The position numbers were made by a program, and so were the translations under genes. From a virus (lineage: Duplodnaviria; Caudoviricetes): a stretch of DNA of 32,379 nt. Position 1 is the first letter of the stretch. Every line of letters begins with the position of its first letter. Positions 9,743-19,056 of this stretch are shown here, piece after piece. The DNA is taken from positions 1-32,379 of the IMG/VR virus record IMGVR_UViG_3300011339_000031. One strand, 5' to 3'. The notes beneath the pieces are model-generated. The model was not told the DNA's origin, did no database searches, and worked only from the letters and a program-made list of their open reading frames with translations.

Positions 9743-10222
9743 TTATCCGTGATTGGCAAAATTGCCGTGGTATTTGTAGCGCATAGCATTTGCAACAAAT
9801 TTTGCGTAATCAATATCATAATACTGACCAAAATTTTTATGTTTCCCATTTACTTGCAATTCAACGCACCATTTTTTGTTAAGTTTAGACCAAGTTACAT
9901 TTTTAACGCCAGATGTATTTGTTTTTGGTGCAGAAACATTATGTTGGTTTTGTTGGTTTGTTGCAGGTCTTAAATTTTCAATTGTATTATCTGAACAATT
10001 GCCGTTTATGTGGTCAATCATTTCAGGAAAATATCCGTGATGCATTAAAAAAATAAGTCTGTGAATTTTGTACTCTTTGCGATTAACCATAACCCGCATA
10101 TATCCTTCGTGGGTTACACTTCCGGCTTTTGAACCTGCCTTAACACCGCGTTTGCTAATTTTCCAATAAAGCATCCCGTCTCGGTATTCAAACAATTCAT
10201 CTGCTTCCTGTTTAGTTAACAT
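9743..10222 (-). CDS. HNH homing endonuclease with AP2-like C-terminus
   Basis: YKIHRLIF..IDHINGNCSDNTIENLR..NQHN, followed by NTSGVKNVTWSK..KWCV. Likely start is ATG 10222. AT-rich relative to neighbours. Confidence 0.9.
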   Translation of the reverse strand: MLTKQEADELFEYRDGMLYWKISKRGVKAGSKAGSVTHEGYMRVMVNRKEYKIHRLIFLMHHGYFPEMIDHINGNCSDNTIENLRPATNQQNQHNVSAPKTNTSGVKNVTWSKLNKKWCVELQVNGKHKNFGQYYDIDYAKFVANAMRYKYHGNFANHG

Positions 10223-10233
10223 TATTTTTCCCG

Positions 10234-10530
10234 TTACCAAGGCACGCCGGTTGCCGTTACAGGCGCTTTCTGCAAAGCAATCTGTGCAGCAAGGCTTGCT
10301 TCCGTTGCGTCCTTGTCCACGCCGTTAGCCCAGCACCAATCCAATACTTCAGCCTCGGTCACGCTGGCGTAGGGGATAGCAGGGGTCGCAGCAGCAAAAC
10401 CACAAGTGCCGTATGAGCCTGCGGTGTAATCACCGTCAACAGCGTTGCAAGTCCAATGTGCACAGAAAATAAACTTATCGTCTGTGTTGTAGTTGGTTTG
10501 GGCAATAGCCCAGTTATACGATACTGACAT
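10234..10530 (-). CDS. Small tail-fibre-associated protein (98 aa) with apparently replaced N-terminus
   Basis: Intact ORF with RBS AAAGGAAA; ..AHWTCNAVDG..IPYASVTEAEVLDW..GVPW. Its N-terminus is paralogous to the stub at 11240-11308. Confidence 0.7.
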   Translation of the reverse strand: MSVSYNWAIAQTNYNTDDKFIFCAHWTCNAVDGDYTAGSYGTCGFAAATPAIPYASVTEAEVLDWCWANGVDKDATEASLAAQIALQKAPVTATGVPW

Positions 10531-11236
10531 TTTGTGTTTCCTTTTTTAAATTCCACGGTAAAGCAGATTGATGAATAATAACCGCATCTCTTGAACTAAC
10601 CATAGGCACATTATCAATTTTGTTTTGTTTGCTTAAATTGTATTGCGCCGTTGTTACCATTAAATTCCACGGCACATGCAAGCCACAAGCATCTTTTGCT
10701 TTGAGTGGAACAATGTGGTCAACGTGAAGATTAACATCAAATGTTTTTTGCATGTTTTGGACACATGCATAAATTGCTTGAATCTGTTTTTGCACAACAA
10801 CATCACTGCGATAAATGTTTGCTTGGTTAATCCTGCGATGCCTAACACCATTGTTCTTTGCATTTGATTTGCGCCTTGACTCAACAGCGCACGTTGCACA
10901 AGAGTTATTGCACGAATAACGTTTTTTGTTCCCACAAATTCTGCATGACACACCTTTAAAAAACATAGCTTTTTTGGCTAAAGCGGTTTTATGCTCAAGG
11001 TATTCTGGTGTGTCTTTTCTGGTACGTATGCCTTTTTTGGCTTCAATAGCGCAGCACCGTCCTATATGCCCTTGAAGATGTATGGCAGGTGAAACTTTAT
11101 AATCTCCATGTTTTGGGCAAGTAATAACAACTTGTGATCTAGTAGTTGTATAAACCACTTTGTCATAGTTATACCTACCACCATGAACCCTAGTGGCTTT
11201 GGCGGTAAATTGTTCTGTTGTTAATCTTGCGACCAT
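10514..11236 (-). CDS. HNH homing endonuclease with N-terminal Cys/His (DUF723-like) module
   Basis: VHGGRYNYDKVVY..VVITCPKHG at the N-terminus, CxxC pairs, and LHVDHIVPL..CGLHVPWNL..NLSKQN HNH core. Confidence 0.88.
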   Translation of the reverse strand: MVARLTTEQFTAKATRVHGGRYNYDKVVYTTTRSQVVITCPKHGDYKVSPAIHLQGHIGRCCAIEAKKGIRTRKDTPEYLEHKTALAKKAMFFKGVSCRICGNKKRYSCNNSCATCAVESRRKSNAKNNGVRHRRINQANIYRSDVVVQKQIQAIYACVQNMQKTFDVNLHVDHIVPLKAKDACGLHVPWNLMVTTAQYNLSKQNKIDNVPMVSSRDAVIIHQSALPWNLKKETQNVSIV

Positions 11237-11239
11237 AAA

Positions 11240-11308
11240 CTATGCCGTGGTGATAAAACCGTCTGCGGTGAGGCGGTCGCATTGTGTGATTGACCAAGTT
11301 GTTTCCAT
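11240..11308 (-). pseudogene. 22-codon stub: displaced original 5' end of the 10234-10530 gene
   Basis: ATG 2 nt after the upstream stop reads METTWSITQCDRLTADGFITTA-stop. Aligns ungapped with WAIAQTNYNTDDKFIFCA of 10234-10530 (8/18 identical) and ends just before that gene's HW. Confidence 0.8.
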
Positions 11309-11310
11309 GA

Positions 11311-11514
11311 TTACCATCCTGCCATAGTTGTATATTTTTCACCATCCGCACCACAGTCAGCAAGGAACTCGTCCTTCTGTTCTGCGCTGTAGTTGCGGCA
11401 CTTTACTCGCTTGAGTTCTTTACGGTCACCGTTATCATCCAACACTTCCTCTAGCCATGTGGCTTCTAAGGTGTTGGATTTAATGTCGTGACACACTGCT
11501 GCTAAATAAATCAT
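11311..11514 (-). CDS. Hypothetical protein (possible fibre chaperone)
   Basis: 67-aa ORF coupled to the fibre stop (ATGA overlap). Confidence 0.65.
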   Translation of the reverse strand: MIYLAAVCHDIKSNTLEATWLEEVLDDNGDRKELKRVKCRNYSAEQKDEFLADCGADGEKYTTMAGW

Positions 11515-13976
11515 GCTGTTGCTCCTTTGATGATTGCGAAGTTGATTACGGGGGCATCAGTTGCAACGCCGCCAGTTGTGTAAAACGTGATATTGAAACT
11601 ACCCGCCGCAACCGCAGTCACCAATAAAACGTAAAGGTTTGTACCAGACTTTTGATTCAAAATAATGGTATCAGTAGCAGCTACCAACGTATTAGTTACT
11701 GTAAATGTTGCCGCCACCACTGAACCCGCTGCGGAAAACATAGTAATAGCGCCAGTAGGCTTGCTCAGTGTTACGCCGGTTGTTCTGCTTGTTGCCTGTG
11801 TAACAGTGCCACCAGAGCCTGTGCCGTAGCCAAGACCAGCAGGGTTAGTGACAAGCACGTTACCGCTGGAGTCGATACGCATACGCTCGTTTGCGCCGTT
11901 GCTTTGAAAAACCAAGACCCCGCCGGCTTGTAATTTTGTAATGCCAGCATCTGTCCTATCTACAAATAATTGCCCGTTGTTTACTCCAGATGCGTCCAAA
12001 TAGATACTTGGATTTCCTGATGTGGTAGTAGAAACAAGGATTTGAGCGTTGGCGCTAGTTCTTGCAATGTTTAGCGCCGCGCCCGGCGAATTCGTCCCAA
12101 TGCCCACGTTGCCGTTGTTGTGCAAAAACATTAAATCGCGTCGCGTTGTGGATGTTAAGCGCTGCGTGAACAAGATGCCTGTGTTGGTGTAAAGGGCAGG
12201 GTCATTGCCATTCCAAACATCGGCTTCAGCTTGCCCGTTTGTTGCGTTGGTGCTAAACGATATTCCCCCAGCAACGGGAGAATTTGCTCCGCCAGCGTTA
12301 TAGTTGCCAAATTGTGCGTAACCGTTATCTTGGTAAATTGCACCTGACACCTGCAACTTAAACCCCGGCGAACTCGTCCCTATCCCCACGTTACCGCTTG
12401 CGTCGATACGCATACGCTCGGAAGCGCCTGTGTAGTACGATAAAAACGTAGTGGCTAATGTTCTTGTTTCACCAGTGATATCTTCTACAAAAAACTTAGC
12501 TTTAGCGTTGGTGACGTCGTAAATTAAAAACCCTTTGTCCCCACCAACTAATAAGTTAACTCCTCCTGCCATGTAATACTCATTTGAAGTACCAGTAATG
12601 GCAAAAGTCATTCCGTTTTGATTGCTACCGCCAGTAATATTTAACTTACTTGAATTTGTATCTGATAAAGTTAATCTAGTGTTTGCAACAGGGCCGCTAG
12701 TACCAATACCAACATTCCCGCTGGAGTTGATACGCATACGCTCTGTGTTGGATGTACCGAACAAAAGTGGGTATGCCCCAGCGTGCCATAAAAACCCACC
12801 ATAAGCAGCACCAAAATTTGCACCTGTACTTGCATCTATGCCTATAGAAAAAGTACCGCCAGTGTTTGTGTATATCTGAGAAACACCGTTAGTTCCAGTT
12901 GCCGCAGTTAATCTACTTCCAATAAACGCAGAAGATGTAATGTCTAACTTGTATGCTGGAGTACCACCAATCCCCACGTTGCCGCTGGAGTCGATACGCA
13001 TACGCTCTGTAGTGCCACCTGTTGCAAATTTAATAACGCCAGACGCATTGTCCGACATAATAGTAGTTGAAACTGATGAATAGAATGTAGATTCATTAGC
13101 ACCAATAGAACCATAAGGTGTTGCAGAAGCCCCGTAAATTGCTGAACCAGAAATTGAACCGCTTGAATTAACTGTGTATAAAGACGAAATGCCAGTATTA
13201 GATGAAGATGTAACCCTTGCACTAACAGTCCCAGTGCCACTAACGTCTAGTTTGTTTGCTGGCGAAGTCGTCCCTATCCCTACGTTTTGGCTTGCGTCTA
13301 TATAAACAGCGTTTGTGCCTGCCGTAGAAAAGCCCAATGCGTTGGTAGCAGGCAAGTACATACCGTTACCAGTTGCGCTAGAGCCAGTAGGGATTAGCTT
13401 TGCAGCCGTTGCCGTGCCAGTAGTGGCAAAGTTAGTACCATCAAACGTCAGCGCACTACCAGTAGTCAGTACCTTGCTGCCGTTAAGGTAAGCTACCCCG
13501 TTGGCTGTGCCGTCTGATAGGGTTAAGCTTGTGAATGTTGCTACACCCGCTGTATTGGCAACTTTGGCGTAATCCGAGCCGTTCCAGAAAACATGGGCCT
13601 TCTCGCCGTTGACCATTGTCACGCCGCTGGTAGCCGAGCCTTTTACAGTCAGGGCAAACCCACCAGTGGTATTGTTGTTGATGACGTACTGACGGCTGCT
13701 GCTAGGCAGGATCAGGTTACGCGCTGCGGTCATTGCCCCGCTTACGTTCAAGATGGCGTACTGCGCCGTGGTCGAGCCAATGTTGGTTGCCGAGCTTGTA
13801 CCCTGTGTGAGTACGAGCGTAACGTCTGTCGTGGTGACTGTGACCGACAAGCCACCAGCAATGGCAATGTCCAAATAAGATGTAACGCTGTTGTTTACAT
13901 CATCGCCCCATGTGCCGGATTCTGTGCCGGTTACCGGCTGTCCGAGGGCTAGATTGGTTGTGTAATTGACTGTCAT
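11511..13976 (-). CDS. Modular tail fibre protein (821 aa)
   Basis: N-terminal anchor GTESGTWG, six units delimited by ERMRIDSSGNVGIGT-like motifs, and a distinct C-terminal beta domain. Confidence 0.85.
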   Translation of the reverse strand: MTVNYTTNLALGQPVTGTESGTWGDDVNNSVTSYLDIAIAGGLSVTVTTTDVTLVLTQGTSSATNIGSTTAQYAILNVSGAMTAARNLILPSSSRQYVINNNTTGGFALTVKGSATSGVTMVNGEKAHVFWNGSDYAKVANTAGVATFTSLTLSDGTANGVAYLNGSKVLTTGSALTFDGTNFATTGTATAAKLIPTGSSATGNGMYLPATNALGFSTAGTNAVYIDASQNVGIGTTSPANKLDVSGTGTVSARVTSSSNTGISSLYTVNSSGSISGSAIYGASATPYGSIGANESTFYSSVSTTIMSDNASGVIKFATGGTTERMRIDSSGNVGIGGTPAYKLDITSSAFIGSRLTAATGTNGVSQIYTNTGGTFSIGIDASTGANFGAAYGGFLWHAGAYPLLFGTSNTERMRINSSGNVGIGTSGPVANTRLTLSDTNSSKLNITGGSNQNGMTFAITGTSNEYYMAGGVNLLVGGDKGFLIYDVTNAKAKFFVEDITGETRTLATTFLSYYTGASERMRIDASGNVGIGTSSPGFKLQVSGAIYQDNGYAQFGNYNAGGANSPVAGGISFSTNATNGQAEADVWNGNDPALYTNTGILFTQRLTSTTRRDLMFLHNNGNVGIGTNSPGAALNIARTSANAQILVSTTTSGNPSIYLDASGVNNGQLFVDRTDAGITKLQAGGVLVFQSNGANERMRIDSSGNVLVTNPAGLGYGTGSGGTVTQATSRTTGVTLSKPTGAITMFSAAGSVVAATFTVTNTLVAATDTIILNQKSGTNLYVLLVTAVAAGSFNITFYTTGGVATDAPVINFAIIKGATA
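11874..13007. repeat. Four identical 15-nt repeats GATACGCATACGCTC (encoding ERMRI) at tail-fibre module junctions
   Basis: Copies at 11874-11888, 12405-12419, 12729-12743 and 12993-13007. Confidence 0.9.
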
Positions 13977-14000
13977 ACGATCCTCTTCTAAGGTGTGATT

Positions 14001-15407
14001 TTACTGGCTAGGGAATGCTTGTTGTATAGGCGTAAAGTCTGCCGTATATCTAGCAACTCCCTTGGTGATACGCAATTCATCAATGTAACCATTTAATGGT
14101 GTAGCGCCAGTTCTACTAGCACCAACGTACAAAATACTGGTCTGGTTAAAGTTGTCCGTTACCGCACCGCCGCTTGTTGCATCTGCTGTGCCATTAAGGT
14201 AAATCTTTAAATTGCCAGTTCCGCTACCAGAACGCACTACGGCAAAATAGTACCATGCACCAGCCACCAAAGATGTAGCACCTGTCAAATTAGCTGCTGT
14301 ATAACTAAACTGAAGTTTATTTCCTGATGTAATATTGACACTCCATCCTGTAGCAGCTGCTCCCTTACTGACAATTGCATAGGCCGTTCCAGTAGCGTTA
14401 ATTCCTACCCAGCCTTCAATTGTAAAATCTCCAGTTCCTAATTGCAAAGCAGTTGAATCTGGAGCAGTTAACCACGCACCACTACCGCTAAACGTCATTG
14501 CCCCAGTGCTATATTTATACGCAAAAGTAGAAATTTGTGAAGTTCCAACCGTTACCAAATTATTTTGCATAGCGTTGTCAATAACGCCTGCATTAGTAAA
14601 CCCAAGCAGTAATGATGTTCCTGATATGGCGGTTAACGGTGCGGTTGGAGGCGTAAATGCCGTTGTATAAACGGCTGTACCTTTTACTATTCGTAAATTT
14701 GAAATGTACCCTATAGTGTAAGTCGCAGTCCCACCAATTTTTGCTGTTCCAGTAGCGTTTTGTGAAGCAGCAAGTGCAGCGCTATAACCTTGAACTCCAC
14801 CTACAAAAATTTTTAGTGTTCCGCTTGTCCTAACTACGGCTACATGATTCCAAACATTATTTGTTATTGCAACTGTTGATGTGTAGGTAGTGCCATCATA
14901 AAAGTATGGAAAATTACTTGCATCAATTCCAAAAAACCAAGGCACGGCTGTTAAACTAACTCTAGCATCTACTATTGTGCCACTTTGTGCTGCTGGTTTA
15001 TTTATCCAACATTCAATTGTAAAATCTCCCGTACCAAATTGATAAGCTACATTTGCAGGGGCAGACAAAGAATCAGGCGTGCCAACAAAATATCCAGAAC
15101 CACCACTTACACTTGCTGAATATGGAGCAGTTGCAGTAAAAGGACTAAATGTTCCTTGTGTAGTTGCACCATTTCTAGTTATAGTAAAAGCATTTGAACT
15201 GCTATCAATAAACGTATTGTTTTGAGAACCAACAATACCATCACCATGCAATAACATGGAAACACTTGTCCAATATGGATCGTTATTAGGCCAACCGGAA
15301 TTAATAAGTTGCGCTACTTCAGATTGTTTCCAAATACCATACGCTGCCATGCTAGATGAACTAGCAGCCGTAGAAGATAGGATTGAACCTTTGTACCTAG
15401 TGGACAT
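14001..15407 (-). CDS. Virion protein with two concanavalin A-like lectin/LamG domains
   Basis: Twice GTGDFTIE.W ... W.(H/Y).AVVR ... GYI..LRI.KG.A.YT..FTP. Confidence 0.85.
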   Translation of the reverse strand: MSTRYKGSILSSTAASSSSMAAYGIWKQSEVAQLINSGWPNNDPYWTSVSMLLHGDGIVGSQNNTFIDSSSNAFTITRNGATTQGTFSPFTATAPYSASVSGGSGYFVGTPDSLSAPANVAYQFGTGDFTIECWINKPAAQSGTIVDARVSLTAVPWFFGIDASNFPYFYDGTTYTSTVAITNNVWNHVAVVRTSGTLKIFVGGVQGYSAALAASQNATGTAKIGGTATYTIGYISNLRIVKGTAVYTTAFTPPTAPLTAISGTSLLLGFTNAGVIDNAMQNNLVTVGTSQISTFAYKYSTGAMTFSGSGAWLTAPDSTALQLGTGDFTIEGWVGINATGTAYAIVSKGAAATGWSVNITSGNKLQFSYTAANLTGATSLVAGAWYYFAVVRSGSGTGNLKIYLNGTADATSGGAVTDNFNQTSILYVGASRTGATPLNGYIDELRITKGVARYTADFTPIQQAFPSQ

Positions 15408-15799
15408 TAGCTAATAGCCTCATATGAAGTAGTAAAGGTAATTGCGTTTGCAGTGCCTGAAGTTACAGATATGGATGTGCCTTCTTGCAAATAAAACGCA
15501 GTGCTTTTGTCTACCACTACAACCGCAGAATATGCAGGTACAGGCACTTGATAAATGATTGGGTACGCCGTGCCGCCAGATGGCGCAGAACCTTGCGCTA
15601 CAGCTCCGTTTGTATAAATAGAAACTGTTGCATTAGCGGTAGTACCGGTCACGTTTGCAACCACCACGTTGTCAACTTTATTTACTATACCCGATGATGC
15701 TGCGTTAGCCAATAGCACCACGGCAGTCGTACCGCTGGGCGTGTAGTACGTTGTATTGCCTGTGATTGAGCTTGCATTAATGAGATTTGGGTTTGCCAT
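15407..15799 (-). CDS. Small beta-rich structural protein
   Basis: 130-aa ORF in the tail cluster, coupled to the downstream gene. Confidence 0.65.
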   Translation of the reverse strand: MANPNLINASSITGNTTYYTPSGTTAVVLLANAASSGIVNKVDNVVVANVTGTTANATVSIYTNGAVAQGSAPSGGTAYPIIYQVPVPAYSAVVVVDKSTAFYLQEGTSISVTSGTANAITFTTSYEAIS

Positions 15800-15801
15800 A
15801 A

Positions 15802-16152
15802 TTAATATCCAAAAACAAGCGACATAACAATCGCCCGGTTAAAAGGCACTGCTCTTGCTGCGGGGTAGGTTACAAACACATTTTTTGTACCTGCGGAAAA
15901 TGTAACCAATGACCCAGAGTTGCTAGAAGAAATTACCGTAGTTCTGGATAGTGTTGTTCCAGAAGCTGTGTACGTACCAATACCAACCTCCCACTCTGAT
16001 CCTGATTGTCCCGCAATGGTGTAGTAGGTAGAGTTTCCGTTTCCAACAGCAGCAAAAGTTTGAAACCCTGTTACGGCTCCCGCAAGCGTAACAGTGCCTG
16101 TACCAGTTGTCGTGGTAGTCTCTTGAACCCGATCAGCTAAGACAAGTGCCAT
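15802..16152 (-). CDS. Tail structural protein (MALVLADRVQETTTTTGTG type)
   Basis: Thr/Gly-rich with EWEVGIGTY and FSAGTKNVFVTYPA; RBS GAGGTG. Confidence 0.7.
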   Translation of the reverse strand: MALVLADRVQETTTTTGTGTVTLAGAVTGFQTFAAVGNGNSTYYTIAGQSGSEWEVGIGTYTASGTTLSRTTVISSSNSGSLVTFSAGTKNVFVTYPAARAVPFNRAIVMSLVFGY

Positions 16153-16160
16153 TTACACCT

Positions 16161-17006
16161 CTATGTTGCGTTGTTAATCAACACCCAGTCGGTTGTCTGG
16201 TTGTCGTCAATTGTAGACCAGCCGGGAGTCTGTGTGTTGCCAATTAATATCCAGTTTGCGGTTTCGCTATCATCAATTAGCTGCCAATATACAGGGATTA
16301 CAGTCCCAACAGAGCCTGCCGCAGCCACGCCGGTTAGCGCTAATGTCCTGTTACCTACGCCTAAGCTTCCAACAGAAGCCGCTATTGTTGCGCTGGTTAA
16401 GCCAAAACTAAATTCAAACTGAACAGAACCTACGCTACCGGTTGCAGTAAGCGGACTAAGTGGTACAGATAAAAACCCAGTCTGTCCTGTTGCCTCAGTA
16501 CCAACTAAGGCAACCTGTGCGCTCTGGACTATATTACCAACTGCTCCTGTTGCTGCATTTCCTGTGAGCGCTTTTTCTTTACCTTGAACAACAGTTCCAA
16601 CCCCACCGCTTGCGGCTACTCCGCTTAAGGCTACTGTTGAATTGGCTACTAGTGTTCCTACACTGCCTGTAGCCGTGTTGCTTGTAAGCGCAACAGAAAC
16701 ACTTTTAACAACTGTGCCTACATTACCGCTGGCAGTTACCCCAGTTATAGCTAGAGTAGTACTTACCCCAACAGTACCTACATTGCCAGTTGCTGCATCC
16801 CCGGTGTCTGCATCTGTGTTGTTTGGAGCCAGTGTGCCAACTGCTCCTGATGTCTCTACCCCTGTTAACGCGACACTTTTATCTTGTGGCCCACCCCATG
16901 CATTACTCCCCCAAGTGGAATAGCCCCATGTTCCAGCGGCAGGGGCTACGGTAGTGTCGCCAGTTGCGCCAAACGGCGCTCCGGCAAATGGGGCTATACC
17001 AAACAT
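16161..17006 (-). CDS. Repetitive Gly/Val/Thr-rich fibre-like structural protein
   Basis: About ten VALTGxxAxGxVGTV-type repeats. Confidence 0.7.
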   Translation of the reverse strand: MFGIAPFAGAPFGATGDTTVAPAAGTWGYSTWGSNAWGGPQDKSVALTGVETSGAVGTLAPNNTDADTGDAATGNVGTVGVSTTLAITGVTASGNVGTVVKSVSVALTSNTATGSVGTLVANSTVALSGVAASGGVGTVVQGKEKALTGNAATGAVGNIVQSAQVALVGTEATGQTGFLSVPLSPLTATGSVGSVQFEFSFGLTSATIAASVGSLGVGNRTLALTGVAAAGSVGTVIPVYWQLIDDSETANWILIGNTQTPGWSTIDDNQTTDWVLINNAT

Positions 17007-17037
17007 GGCCTACACGGCTTGATGCCGCGCCCCGCTA

Positions 17038-17514
17038 TTAAGTTGTTGCCAAACGCAACAAAGCAGTCGTAGTGGTATTGGAAGGCATAGTAAGCGTAAA
17101 CGTGCCAGCAGTGATGGTCTGGGAACCAAAGGTGTGAACACTAACTGCCTTATTGCTCTGTGTAGAGTTGTACACCAAAACACAATCAAATGCTGTAGAC
17201 AACGTAACGGTTGTATATACAAAAGAAGCTGATGGAGTCCAATAACCTACACCCGCTGTTGCAGACGAGTTTGTAGAAGTTGGAGCCGTTGCATTTGTCA
17301 CTGTTACGCCGCCAGCAGTGTAGCCTGTACCAGTAACTTCTCCAGTAGTGGAGTACGCAGTAGTGGCAGCATTAATGGTAGCCGAAGCAAGGAACAAGGC
17401 CGCTTTAAACGTATCAGCGGTACTTGCCGCACGAATAGGAGAAGCACCAAAATTGTGGGTGGCGGTCATCAGTTCACCAAGGAACGATGTAGCCATTGAT
17501 TGCGTGTTTGCCAT
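17038..17514 (-). CDS. Structural protein, paralogue of 17712-18128
   Basis: SF..EL...H....DTFKAAL..EVTGTGYTAGG..LVYN....NKAVSV..FGS. Confidence 0.7.
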   Translation of the reverse strand: MANTQSMATSFLGELMTATHNFGASPIRAASTADTFKAALFLASATINAATTAYSTTGEVTGTGYTAGGVTVTNATAPTSTNSSATAGVGYWTPSASFVYTTVTLSTAFDCVLVYNSTQSNKAVSVHTFGSQTITAGTFTLTMPSNTTTTALLRLATT

Positions 17515-17523
17515 AATATTTCC

Positions 17524-17715
17524 TTAAAAAGAAGCAGCTTCGCCACCTGCAAAGGTAGGCATTTTCTTCAGCGTAACGTGCGCTGATCGGTGAACCAACT
17601 CGCCTTCCAGCCAGTACTCTACCCACGTTGTTAGTTCATTGTCATTATCGACTGTGCCTTCCCGCTTTTCCAGCAAGGAATCGTCCATCTCGCCTTTGGT
17701 GGTAGTGACTATCAA
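17524..17715 (-). CDS. Hypothetical protein (63 aa)
   Basis: ATGA-coupled ORF; WVEYWLEGELVHRSAHV. Confidence 0.65.
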   Translation of the reverse strand: MIVTTTKGEMDDSLLEKREGTVDNDNELTTWVEYWLEGELVHRSAHVTLKKMPTFAGGEAASF

Positions 17716-18128
17716 TTTGAACTCCTGATAAGCGCGGTTGTCGAGGTATTAGCTGGCATGGTGATTGTAAACGTGGTGGTCGATGTTTTGTCAGACCCAA
17801 AGTCCAGAACCGCCACAGATTTATTACCCTTGGATGCGTTGTAAATCAAAGCGCACCGGGCAGTCAAAGCCGAAGTCCAAGACACATTAGCCCAGTTCAC
17901 ATAGGCTACATAGCCAGATGAGCTAATAGCTACCCCAGTCATAACTTGACCGCCAGCCGTGTAGCCTGTACCTGAGACTTCATTGCTGCTGCTGTAAACC
18001 GTAGTAGCTTCGTTTAAGTCAGCATTACCCGTATACAACGCAATCTTAATCGTGTCCGTGGACAAATCGTGGATAGCCTGATACAACTCCTTTTTGAAGC
18101 TGGTAGTCTGGGTTTGGATTATGCTCAT
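17712..18128 (-). CDS. Structural protein, paralogue of 17038-17514
   Basis: SFKKEL..HDL..DTIKIALY..EVSGTGYTAGG..ALIYN..NKSVAVLDFGS. Confidence 0.7.
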   Translation of the reverse strand: MSIIQTQTTSFKKELYQAIHDLSTDTIKIALYTGNADLNEATTVYSSSNEVSGTGYTAGGQVMTGVAISSSGYVAYVNWANVSWTSALTARCALIYNASKGNKSVAVLDFGSDKTSTTTFTITMPANTSTTALIRSSN

Positions 18129-18793
18129 TTAACGGCCTGCCTAAATTGACCACTACGATAAGCGTCCTGACGCTCCATGCCATCTGCCAAGCGTTTAGCT
18201 AGAACAACCGCTTCCATGTACTTCTGGTTGTACAAAGCCATCATGTCCTGCTCACCCTTCATATAGGTGTACGCTTCTACCAAAGACCCATACAACAACA
18301 CAGAATCAAAGTTATCGCCTAGCCAAGTTTGACCACTGGACGCAGTGGTGATTGACTCAGGATAGTAGTAGTAATGGAGTTCTGCGGAGTACGTGGTATC
18401 CGGCGTGGGGCCGAGAATGAAGCTTAGCTCATTAGAAATCGTAGACCCAGAAACTGTTGGGCCAAATAACGCGTAGTATTTGGGAGTTCCGGTACTTGTT
18501 GGGTTTGGGTACGCTTCCCGCATGAAGTTTACATCTTTGTTTAAAAGATATATGTACTCCCCGCCGCCATAAGGGAACACAGCCAACGAATACGGGGCCA
18601 AAAAATCATCTGGGCAAGACAAGTATTTATTGCTGGCAGTTATTGTCCCCGTCACGTTTTTACGCAACGAGGGAAACTGCATTGAGTTGTAGATGCGCTG
18701 CTCTGCCTGTGTAATAAACAGGTTTACATCCACCGTTTGAAAGGTGTTCTCCGTGTAATCGGAAATCGCAACTACAAGCGCAGCGTAGTTCAT
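18125..18793 (-). CDS. Head-tail adaptor / tail tubular A-like protein
   Basis: FITQAEQRIY, GTPKYYA, LGPTPD..Y, LLYGSLVEAY pattern; about 220 aa. Confidence 0.65.
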   Translation of the reverse strand: MNYAALVVAISDYTENTFQTVDVNLFITQAEQRIYNSMQFPSLRKNVTGTITASNKYLSCPDDFLAPYSLAVFPYGGGEYIYLLNKDVNFMREAYPNPTSTGTPKYYALFGPTVSGSTISNELSFILGPTPDTTYSAELHYYYYPESITTASSGQTWLGDNFDSVLLYGSLVEAYTYMKGEQDMMALYNQKYMEAVVLAKRLADGMERQDAYRSGQFRQAVK

Positions 18794-19053
18794 GCCATCG
18801 GGCCTCTTGCATAAATGCCCTTGGTAGCTGCACCAGTACCACGGATTTTGATGCCGCTAGTTTTTGCGGACTCATCACCAGCAGATTTACTGATATTGCC
18901 AATGCTAATGTCAACAGTATCTAGCTTACTGCGATTTGGCTCTTTGCCGGGTTGAGAAGAAATACTCATAGCCTTGCCATCCATCGTATGCGGTTTTGCA
19001 TAGACAGCAGCAGAGCCGACTTCTTTGCCCATTTTTTTCATTGTGTAGGCCAT
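18790..19053 (-). CDS. Small basic hypothetical protein
   Basis: 87 aa; KIRGTGAATKG motif; RBS-coupled. Confidence 0.7.
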   Translation of the reverse strand: MAYTMKKMGKEVGSAAVYAKPHTMDGKAMSISSQPGKEPNRSKLDTVDISIGNISKSAGDESAKTSGIKIRGTGAATKGIYARGPMA

Positions 19054-19056
19054 GAT

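Noticed and set aside
11511-11860. Peptidase S74 intramolecular chaperone at the fibre C-terminus
   Set aside because: No SD.RLK motif; the C-terminus is a different beta domain.
11511-15407. Diversity-generating retroelement or CRISPR array explaining the repeats
   Set aside because: The repeats are in-frame protein motifs with irregular spacing of hundreds of nt. No adenine-specific template/variable pair, reverse transcriptase or cas gene was seen in the window.
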